DNA from: Nemertoderma westbladi
Lineage: Eukaryota; Animalia; Xenacoelomorpha
Direction of reading: 5' to 3'
Assembly (NCBI GenBank): GCA_032718475.1
Contig: JAUCBJ010000970.1
Span: 1-64,000, forward strand
Length of the DNA stretch: 64,000 nt
The notes below the pieces were generated by a model that worked only from the letters and a program-made list of their open reading frames with translations, searched no databases and was not told the DNA's origin. Made by a program: the position numbers and the translations under genes. Below are positions 1-8,840 of this stretch, one piece after another. The stretch's first letter is position 1; the number at the start of each line of letters is the position of its first letter.

Positions 1-1
1 A

Positions 2-480
2 ATGGTGGATTCTGGGCCCGTTCCTCCTCCCGATAAACTGGCTACTCTGGGCACTAAAACGGTGGATTCGGGGCGTGTTCCTCCTCCCGATAAACTGGCT
101 ACTCTGGGTGCTACATCAATAGATTCTGGGCGCGTTCCTCCTCCCGATAAACCTGCTACTCCGGGCACTAAAACGGTGGATTCTGGGCGCGTTCCTCCTC
201 CCAATAATCTGGCTACTCCGGGTGCTGCGATGGTGGAATCTGGGCGCGTTCCTCCTCCCGATAAACCGGCTACTCCAGGCACTAAAACGGTGGTTTCTGG
301 GTGCGTTCCTCCTCTCAATAAACTGGCTACTCCGGGTGCTGCGACGGTGGATTCTGGGTGCGTTCCTCCTCCCGATAAACTGGCTACTCCGGGCACTAAA
401 ACGGTGAATTTTGGGCGCATTCCTCCTCATGATAAACCGGCTACTCCGGGTGCTACGATGGTGGATTCTGGGCGTGATCC
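2..480 (+). repeat. 57-bp coding tandem repeat (19 aa, TVDSGRVPPPDKLATPGTK), ~8 copies, truncated by the window edge
   Basis: Recurring gtggattctgggcgcgttcctcctcccgataaactggctactccggg at a 57-nt period, in frame within ORF1. Confidence 0.9.
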
Positions 481-3052
481 TCATTATATACCAGCTACTA
501 TGGGTTCTACACAAGAAATCATAATTGTTGAAGATTTAATGACTGACGGTACATGGAAGAAGAGGAGTATCACATCTAATACAGCATCACCAAAGTGGAG
601 TCCACAACAAAATCCGAAAACTTTGAAGCATTCCTCGAATAAGTCTATCCCACAACCTACCAAATCATCAAACCTACTTACTTGGATCCAAACAAAGACA
701 AACGAAACTAAATCGAATCAACTAAGGCTGAACCCTGAAATATCACCGTTCAAACCATCTGCAACAGAAGCAAACTTGCACACATACAGACAGGGTAACA
801 GGATGGATGTGAAACTGGCTGCCGTAGAAGTGTTCCCATGTAGCCAATCCAAAATCGACAAGGATAACTCTGTAGAAATAAAAACATATCTACAATCCTG
901 CTTTGATCTCAAACCTACCACGAGAGGGCTTGTACTGCCCTCGGAGAAGGAGAAAAAATTACTCTTCTCCCCAAGCTGGCTGTCCGATGCTATCATTGAG
1001 GGGTTCCTAAGTCTACTAGAACGCCATTACTGTCAAACTTCATATGTAAGCTGCTACCTGGCTACAAAACTACAAGCAGTGAAATATGATGATCTAAGTG
1101 CTGTAAAGTACTTAGCAAAGGTTTATTACGGAAAGCTCAATCCTTCAGGACACATACCACGTTATATATTCTTTCCAGAATGTGCAGGAGGCCACTTCGT
1201 CCTACACATCGCAGATACCGAGAATAACTTAGTTGAATGTATCGACTCAAAGTATTCCAGCTCACCGACAAACACAACCATTCAAATCTGCAACATTTTA
1301 TCATTAATTGATAGTCTATCGCCAACCGAACGCGTTAGTAGTGGTAGGAAATGGTGTTCAACTGCAACCAATAGAGACCTTGCGAAACAACGCAACAACT
1401 ATGATTGTGGCATATTTCTTTGTTACAATGCACTGGCATGTTGCCAAAGCTTTCTTCCGCTTCCAGACGTGGTCTTTGAGAGTACTAAGGCCCGTCAGTG
1501 GCTCTCTGACTGTCTGAACGAGTGTAAACTAATAGAGGCTGAGGGTATATATTCTTCCACTATTACAACCCAAAGAGAGGTACATCAAATGACAACCAGT
1601 CACACCACAAAGGTACCTACACCAATGGTAACTTTAGACATCAGTGAAGAGAACGACTGCTTAAACGCTTCACAGCTCTATGGGATAATGAGTCACACGC
1701 GAAGGAAAGCTATAAATATTATCAACAAACAACCTCAATCTACCATACTGACATTGCGCGACAAAATGTTTAAAGAAATTCAACCACTGATGACACCAGT
1801 GCAATCGGTGAGTCTCCGACTAAAGGCAAGAACAGCACAACTTGAACTGGCAACAGACCTCTATGAAATAACAAAGTCCAAGATGGAAAACCAGCTCCTT
1901 GAGAATTGCAAGAGGAGGCTAAAGCATGAACCGGCCAACACAAATGCAGAGTCGGAAACTGTAGGTGCCCTTAGGCAGGAATTTATCTCTGCAATTTCAA
2001 CCATCCAGGCAAAAATGTGCAAAAACGAGCAGGACATTAGTGATCTCAAATGTGAGAACAATCGTATCCGCGAAGAACTCCAACATGAAAGACACCTAAG
2101 ACTAATCCTGCAGTCGAACCTCAGATCTCCAACAAGCAACCATGGTTCTAATAACACAACACCCACGATAGTCAAACCATCCCTAAATTTAGCTCACTCT
2201 CTCAGTGGCAATCCTCCGTTGACTAAATGTGAAAATCATAGCATTGTCAAAACCACCACCATGTACACAGATCAACTACCTTATGATAACAGTGACGTCA
2301 TAGGAGAGCTCATAGTTACGGATGAATGGCCAACCAATGAAAACGGAACATCACTAAGCTCAAGTATTGCTAGTAACTATGGCTGGAACATAGTAGGAAA
2401 CAACAAAAAGAAACCTGTCCATAATAAGCCAGTTCCCAAGGGACACACGACCAGCAGGATCAAAACAAAGAACTCATATAGTGCACTATCACAAGCTCCC
2501 ATCAGTAATATACTAGCTACTGAACAGAAAGGCAACAATGGTGCGACTACTCAGAGTCACGAAACAAGGTGGCCGAACAAAGTCAATTACAGTGATCAGA
2601 CCAGCAACATAGGTTTGAGGCCTACCAACCAATGGCAGACTGACAGCAATGCATACAACCATAGCTCAAAACCAGCTTGTAATATTAGGAGCTCCCACCA
2701 GACAAAAAAAGTTCGCAAACATGACTATCAAATGAAGTACAGAACTAGAACAGAAGCGATATTTGTAAATGGAATACATCAAAGTGAGACAGAGGAAGCT
2801 GTTGTGAACTATCTCAAAGCAAGAGGGATAGCAGTTGACCGAATCACAACGCGTATACATAGTGGAACAAAGAATATGAAGCTCATTGTTGACATTAGAG
2901 ACTCTGATTTGCTTTTAGTGCCGAACTTCTGGCCCAGAGGAATACTCTGCAGTACCTGGCGAGACAGATCACACACTTATTGCCATGGAGACAGTAAGAA
3001 CCTTGGAACTGACAGACTAAACCAGACTCATGAGAATGGGTATTATGTTTGA
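2..3052 (+). CDS. LINE ORF1p: N-terminal 19-aa repeats, Ulp1/SENP-like (peptidase C48) domain, coiled coil, C-terminal RRM-like ORF1 domain
   Basis: C48 motifs: WLSDAIIEGFLSLL, IFFP..GGHFVL (H398), VECIDS (D415), QRNNYDCGIF (Q463, C469). Heptad segment IQAKMCKNEQDISDLKCENNRIREEL. C-terminus IFVNGI..TEEAVVNYLKARGI...NFWPRGILCSTW resembles invertebrate LINE ORF1 C-termini. The frame is open at the window edge, so the true start may be upstream. Confidence 0.85.
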   Translation: MVDSGPVPPPDKLATLGTKTVDSGRVPPPDKLATLGATSIDSGRVPPPDKPATPGTKTVDSGRVPPPNNLATPGAAMVESGRVPPPDKPATPGTKTVVSGCVPPLNKLATPGAATVDSGCVPPPDKLATPGTKTVNFGRIPPHDKPATPGATMVDSGRDPHYIPATMGSTQEIIIVEDLMTDGTWKKRSITSNTASPKWSPQQNPKTLKHSSNKSIPQPTKSSNLLTWIQTKTNETKSNQLRLNPEISPFKPSATEANLHTYRQGNRMDVKLAAVEVFPCSQSKIDKDNSVEIKTYLQSCFDLKPTTRGLVLPSEKEKKLLFSPSWLSDAIIEGFLSLLERHYCQTSYVSCYLATKLQAVKYDDLSAVKYLAKVYYGKLNPSGHIPRYIFFPECAGGHFVLHIADTENNLVECIDSKYSSSPTNTTIQICNILSLIDSLSPTERVSSGRKWCSTATNRDLAKQRNNYDCGIFLCYNALACCQSFLPLPDVVFESTKARQWLSDCLNECKLIEAEGIYSSTITTQREVHQMTTSHTTKVPTPMVTLDISEENDCLNASQLYGIMSHTRRKAINIINKQPQSTILTLRDKMFKEIQPLMTPVQSVSLRLKARTAQLELATDLYEITKSKMENQLLENCKRRLKHEPANTNAESETVGALRQEFISAISTIQAKMCKNEQDISDLKCENNRIREELQHERHLRLILQSNLRSPTSNHGSNNTTPTIVKPSLNLAHSLSGNPPLTKCENHSIVKTTTMYTDQLPYDNSDVIGELIVTDEWPTNENGTSLSSSIASNYGWNIVGNNKKKPVHNKPVPKGHTTSRIKTKNSYSALSQAPISNILATEQKGNNGATTQSHETRWPNKVNYSDQTSNIGLRPTNQWQTDSNAYNHSSKPACNIRSSHQTKKVRKHDYQMKYRTRTEAIFVNGIHQSETEEAVVNYLKARGIAVDRITTRIHSGTKNMKLIVDIRDSDLLLVPNFWPRGILCSTWRDRSHTYCHGDSKNLGTDRLNQTHENGYYV

Positions 3053-6000
3053 CACTACCATTCAGGATCAGAACGACAGCAGTAGCGGGATATTCTCAAC
3101 AGCAACACATCATAAGGAAAAAGAGGAGCCATCCATTGGTTGCAAAATGATGTCTTTTAACTGCCATGGACTAATTGCTTCATACGACTACGTAACACAC
3201 TTGTTGGATAAGTGTGACATACTCGCTCTGCAGGAGCACTGGCTTGACCCAATTGAGGCCAGATCTCTACTAGGCAACAATAACCTTACAGAACCCTCTA
3301 AAATTTCTAAAGATTTTCTATGTATATACCACGCTTCACCACCACCGCATAAAAGTGTCAGGGGGAAAGGTGGTGTTGCGATCCTAATCAGACGATCAAT
3401 TTTTAAAGATATTGTAGTTAAACACTCAGATGAAAACTCAATAGGAGTTTTGGTGTATTACGAAAGGGATCAACAACCTATATTGGTAGTTTGCGGCTAT
3501 GCACCAGATGCCTCCAAAGGCCGTCTAAATTACACAGATTTTCTAGCTAAACTAGAGAGCCTGGTGTATAGCCATCCAGAGGCAACCCCAATTATCCTCA
3601 TGGATGCCAATGCCGATCTGGGGGCTTCCAAAGGAAGACGGTATTCTCGGGCAAAGCCCAATCGAAATGGTCATCTCCTTCACAGCTTTCTCAACTCCAC
3701 CGGTCTACAGGCTGTAGATACTTCATCAGTCTTTACAGGACCAGCTTTGACTTATTATGGGCCGAATGGTCACAGATCTTATATCGATCATATAATCACT
3801 AACGAAAAAGGTAGCAATCTTATTTCATATGGTATTGTATGGGAACCTGACGAACAGAGAAACCATTCTGACCACTGCCCCTTGGAGACACAACTAGCAT
3901 GGATCACTTCACCTACAAGCAATCCAAAATCTCCACATCTAAATCAACCTGAGACAAAGAAAACAAAGCAGCTGTTCTGGGCTAACACCTCTAGACATAG
4001 CCTTGATATTTATTCCAAAGACGTAAAGGAAAGGATCCAGAAACTAGACAGTGAAATGCCTACTGATACATCATCGTGGACGACTAGCAGATTGAATCAA
4101 TATACGGACAAAATCATTTCAATTTTAGCTGAGGAAAGTGCCAAGACAATAAAGCAGAAAAGGATAAAAAAGTACAGAAGTATACGTCTGAGGAATACGC
4201 AAATATCCAAATTAAACAAAACCTCTAACAGTCTATTTGAAACATGGCAATCATCAGTTGGAAAAGACAAAGAAGAGCTCAAACAGGCTTTCAAAGAATC
4301 AGTAAAAACTACAAGGAGGTTGCAGAAGTGTCTCTTCAGGAAACAAATACATGGCAACATAATCAAGCAATCATCTAAGATAAAGACAGGACCACGCGAT
4401 TTCTGGAACTTCTATTCTAGGAGGAAGCGGAGTGGAGTAGTTCCTGCATCTGTCAAAAATAACTTGCGCGAGTTCTTTCAGAAAACACTGTTCAATAAGG
4501 GAAATGCAGGCAACAACTCCAATCTTGATGAGAGCATTAATTTACGTTGTGGTGAAACCCCTGCACCCATAATAAGTGATTTATGGGTACGTAGTGCAAT
4601 ACTGTCACTCTCAAGAGGCAAGGCTCCCGACTCCACAAACTTAACAGTGGAGCACCTGCTATATTCCGATCCTGATGTCATAAGTGGAGCTTTGACTAAA
4701 GTGCTTCAGGCCTCAATATACACTGGCACAGTCCCTGACTCATTCGGAAGATCTGCGCTCACTCCAATATTCAAGGGAAAAAATAAAGATCCTAGCAATC
4801 CACCGTCATATCGACCTGTTTGCACTATAAACCTGTTTGCCAAAGTATTAGAGGCAGTTGTCCTTCAGAATTTTTTAAAGGAAGTGTGCCCAAGATCAGC
4901 CCAATTAGCTTACCAACAAAAACTTGGTACTGACATTGCCCTTAGTGCAATTCTGGAATTATTGCAACAGTTCCGAGAACAGGGCACCGACATTTTCCTG
5001 TGCCAAATGGATATCTGTAAGGCTTTCGACCGAGTGCAGCATGACATCCTGTTCAAGAAGCTGATCGGACTTGTAAACCCGCATATATGTAGGATTATAA
5101 GACATTACTACTCCATTGGAATGATATACATGAGATTCTCTGGTCACACCGATTGCAAAGGATTCCCAACCAGCATTGGAGTGAAACAAGGCTCCCTACT
5201 AGGGCCCCCTCTATTTAACTTTTACATCCGTGACATCCACACTGTTATACCTGAGGGTCTATCTAACGGATTGCTGACTTCAATAGCACTAGAGTGTTAT
5301 ACATTTTCCTATGCGGATGATATAATGATAATCAGTCCTTTTCATTCAGCTATCGAAAAAGAAGTGCGTAGAATCCAAGATAGACTTCATGTAGTTGGTT
5401 TGGACGTGGATGTTTCCAAAACTTCTTGGGTGATGCTAAGAGGCCGAGGATCTTTCAATACTACAAAGCCATTCCTGGAGATTGCTGGACAAAAGATAGC
5501 ACTATCTTCCTCTCACCTGAATTTCTTAGGATACAAAATCTCAGGATCCAATAACTTCATTCTAAACGAATGCTTGCGACTCATTGCATCAGTTGCTGAA
5601 GGCTTCCTGTCAATGGGATGGTCTGCTAAGTGGATTCCAGTGGATACACTAGCCACATTGTGGAAATCTTATGCATTACCTGTATTCCGTTATAGTTTCG
5701 TTTTCTACGCTGGAGCGCTCACTGCTAAACAACTTGATGTCATTGAAATCCAGTACAGAAAGGCTCTACGAAAGCTGCTCCATTTGGAATACACCCGTAT
5801 CTCGTCTAACGTACTATACCAGTTGTTCGGTTTGAATTATATCATATTTGATATATTTCAATGCTCTGTGCGTCTATTACAACGATGCAGGAAGGTGCCC
5901 AACATACTGATCAACTCTATAACTCATACAGCAGGGTCACTAAACACTGAAAAGCATTACATTGGTCCTTGCGCCACGTACAGGAAGTGTCATGATAGAT

Positions 6001-6203
6001 TTGGCGTTCCAGATCTAACTTCAATAATGAGGCATGATTATGCAATCAAAAGCTTACTCAGTGAAATAATGATCTGTGAACCGTCAATCTGCGAACATGC
6101 CCACATCAGCTTTATTCGTAATGTATACGGGTCAAATAACATTTGTTTCTCCACGAAAATACACCGTGTTAAAGATTACCTAGAAGCCGTAGCCTGCATA
6201 TAG
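3030..6203 (+). CDS. LINE ORF2p: apurinic-like endonuclease + reverse transcriptase
   Basis: APE motifs SFNCHGL, LQEHWL, GGVAILIR, YAP, MDANA, YIDHII, SDHCP. RT motifs SYRPV, KAFDRV, GVKQGSLLGPPLF, YADD, FLGY. No stops or frameshifts. Confidence 0.96.
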   Translation: MRMGIMFDTTIQDQNDSSSGIFSTATHHKEKEEPSIGCKMMSFNCHGLIASYDYVTHLLDKCDILALQEHWLDPIEARSLLGNNNLTEPSKISKDFLCIYHASPPPHKSVRGKGGVAILIRRSIFKDIVVKHSDENSIGVLVYYERDQQPILVVCGYAPDASKGRLNYTDFLAKLESLVYSHPEATPIILMDANADLGASKGRRYSRAKPNRNGHLLHSFLNSTGLQAVDTSSVFTGPALTYYGPNGHRSYIDHIITNEKGSNLISYGIVWEPDEQRNHSDHCPLETQLAWITSPTSNPKSPHLNQPETKKTKQLFWANTSRHSLDIYSKDVKERIQKLDSEMPTDTSSWTTSRLNQYTDKIISILAEESAKTIKQKRIKKYRSIRLRNTQISKLNKTSNSLFETWQSSVGKDKEELKQAFKESVKTTRRLQKCLFRKQIHGNIIKQSSKIKTGPRDFWNFYSRRKRSGVVPASVKNNLREFFQKTLFNKGNAGNNSNLDESINLRCGETPAPIISDLWVRSAILSLSRGKAPDSTNLTVEHLLYSDPDVISGALTKVLQASIYTGTVPDSFGRSALTPIFKGKNKDPSNPPSYRPVCTINLFAKVLEAVVLQNFLKEVCPRSAQLAYQQKLGTDIALSAILELLQQFREQGTDIFLCQMDICKAFDRVQHDILFKKLIGLVNPHICRIIRHYYSIGMIYMRFSGHTDCKGFPTSIGVKQGSLLGPPLFNFYIRDIHTVIPEGLSNGLLTSIALECYTFSYADDIMIISPFHSAIEKEVRRIQDRLHVVGLDVDVSKTSWVMLRGRGSFNTTKPFLEIAGQKIALSSSHLNFLGYKISGSNNFILNECLRLIASVAEGFLSMGWSAKWIPVDTLATLWKSYALPVFRYSFVFYAGALTAKQLDVIEIQYRKALRKLLHLEYTRISSNVLYQLFGLNYIIFDIFQCSVRLLQRCRKVPNILINSITHTAGSLNTEKHYIGPCATYRKCHDRFGVPDLTSIMRHDYAIKSLLSEIMICEPSICEHAHISFIRNVYGSNNICFSTKIHRVKDYLEAVACI

Positions 6204-6585
6204 TCTCTCTAGATCCATTTGTCAGTGGGATCGACTTACAGGGCGTGTCACAAAAATGACTGGTACTTGTTTTTATTTCATTTTCTTTCTACATACAGTT
6301 TTAATGAAACTGACCCTATCTCCTTATTGTACTAATTGGTTTTATTGTGACACTATCTATATATAGTGATTTTTAACCTTTTATTAAATAAACGTCAGCC
6401 CGTCTGACTCCGCGCGCATAATGAATGCGCGATAACTAAAAAAAAACTTTGACCCCTCTACGTTTTTATTTTGTTGTGCACCGGTGGGAGCCCTGCCTGT
6501 AGGCCTACAGTCTTATTAAGCTAATGTTACATGGCCGGGTTTATAGCCAGCCAACAGGTTCTGTAGTGTGGGACGAATCAGAACT

Positions 6586-8840
6586 GGAACTGCGAGCGAA
6601 CTGTGGGGCGAGTCAGAACTGCGAGCCATCAGCGAACTGTTGGGCGAGTCAGAACTGTGGGGTGAGTCAGAACTGTGGGGCGAGTCAGAATTGCGAGCCA
6701 TCAGCGAACTGTGGGGGCGAGTCAGAACTGTGGGGCGAGTCAGAACTGCGAGCCATCAGCTAACTGTGGGGCGAGTCAGAACTGCGAGCCATCAGCGAAC
6801 TGTTGGGCGAGTCAGAACTGTGGGGTGAGTCAGAACTGTGGGGCGAGTCAGAATTGCGAGCCATCAGCGAACTGTGGGGGCGAGTCAGAACTGTGGGGCG
6901 AGTCAGAATTGCGAGCCATCAGCGAACTGTGGGGGCGAGTCAGAACTGTGGGGCGAGTCAGAACTGCGAGCCATCAGCGAACTGTGGGGGCGAGTCAGAA
7001 CTGCGAGCCATCAGCGAACTGTGGGGCGAGTCAGAACTGTGGTGTGAGTCAGAACTGTGGGGCGAGTCAGAATTGCGAGCCATCAGCGAACTGTGAGGGC
7101 GAGTCAGAACTGTGGGGCGAGTCAGAATTGCGAGCCATCAGCGAACTGTGGGGGCGAGTCAGAACTGTGGGGCGAGTCAGAACTGCGAGCCATCAGCGAA
7201 CTGTGGGGGCGAGTCAGAACTGCGAGCCATCAGCGAACTGTGGGGCGAGTCAGAACTGCGAGCCATCAGCGAACTGTTGGGCGAGTCAGAACTGCGAGCC
7301 ATCAGCGAACTGTTGGGCGAGTCAGAACTGTGGGGTGAGTCAGAACTGTGGGGCGAGTCAGAATTGCGAGCCATCAGCGAACTGTGGGGGCGAGTCAGAA
7401 CTGTGGGGCGAGTCAGAATTGCGAGCCATCAGCGAACTGTGGGGGCGAGTCAGAACTGTGGGGCGAGTCAGAAATGCGAGCCATCAGCGAACTGTGGGGG
7501 CGAGTCAGAACTGCGAGCCATCAGCGAACTGTGGGGCGAGTCAGAACTGCGAGCCATCAGCGAACTGTTGGGCGAGTCAGAACTGCGAGCCATCAGCGAA
7601 CTGTTGGGCGAGTCAGAACTGTGGGGTGAGTCAGAATTGCGAGCCATCAGCGAACTGTGGGGACGAGTCAGAATTGCGAGCCATCAGCGAACTGTGGGGG
7701 CGAGTCAGAACTGTGGGGCGAGTCAGAACTGTGGGGCGAGTCAGAACTGCGAGCCATCAGCGAACTGTGGGGGCGAGTCAGAACTGCGAGCCATCAGCTA
7801 ACTGTGGGGCGAGTCAGAACTGCGAGCCATCAGCGAACTGTAGGGCGAGTCAGAACTGTGGGGTGAGTCAGAACTGTGGGGCGAGTCAGAACTGTGGGGC
7901 AAATCAGAACTGTGGGGCGAGTCAGAACTTCGAGCCATCAGCGAACTGCGGGGGCGAGTCAGAACTGCGGGGGCGAGTCAGAACTGCGAGCCATCAGCGA
8001 ACTGTGGGGCGAGTCAGAACTGCGAGCCATCAGCAAACTGTTGGGCGAGTCAGAACTGTGAGGTGAGTCAGAACTGTGGGGCAACTCAGAACTGTGGGGC
8101 GAGTCAGAACTGTGGGGCGAGTCAGAACTGCGAGCCATCAGCGTACTTTGGGGCGAGTCAGAACTGCGAGCCTTCAGCGAACTGCGGGGGCGAGTCAGAA
8201 CTGTGGGGCGAGTCAGAACTGCGAGCCATCAGCGGACTGCGGAGGCGAGTCAGGACTGCGAGCCATCAGTGAACTGTGGGGCGAGTCAGAACTGCGAGCC
8301 ATCAGCAAACTGTGGGGCGAGTCAGAACTGCGAGCCATCAGCGAACTGTGGGGCGAGTCAGAACTGCGAGCCATCAGCGAACTGTCTGGCGAGTCTGAAC
8401 TGCGAGCCATCAGCGAACTGTGGGGAGAGTCAGAACTGCGAGCCATCAGCGAACTGTGGGCGAGTCAGAACTGCGAGCCATCAGCGAACTGTAGGGCGAG
8501 TCAAAACTGCGATCCATCATCCAACTGTCTGGCGAGTCAGAACTGCGAGCCATCAGCAAACTGTGGGGCGAGTCAGAACTGCGAGCCATCAGCGAACTGT
8601 GGGGCGAGTCAGAACTGCGAGCCATCAGCGAACTGTCTGGCGAGTCTGAACTGCGAGCCATCAGCGAACTGTGGGGAGAGTCAGAACTGCGAGCCATCAG
8701 CGAACTGTGGGCGAGTCAGAACTGCGAGCCATCAGCGAACTGTAGGGCGAGTCAGAACTGCGAGCCATCAGCGAACTGTGTGGCGAGTCAGAACTGCGAG
8801 CCATCAGCGAACTGTCTGGCGAGCCATTATCGAACTGTGG
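6586..8840. repeat. Compound minisatellite built from two ~18-bp modules (GAACTGTGGGGCGAGTCA / GAACTGCGAGCCATCAGC)
   Basis: Directly visible. The modules alternate irregularly and diverge towards the 3' end. ORFs over this region are translations of the repeat. Confidence 0.95.

Larger units (their letters stand above)
1..6395 (+). mobile_element. Two-ORF APE-type non-LTR retrotransposon (LINE), apparently intact; 5' end lies outside the window
   Basis: ORF1 (1016 aa) overlaps ORF2 (1057 aa, APE+RT) by 23 nt. An AT-rich 3' UTR ends near AATAAA at ~6388. The exact 3' end and TSD cannot be fixed because the 5' flank is missing. Confidence 0.93.

Noticed and set aside
6610-6620. CGAGTCAG shared by the 18-bp and 40-bp satellites
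   Set aside because: An 8-nt match only; the rest of the units are unrelated.
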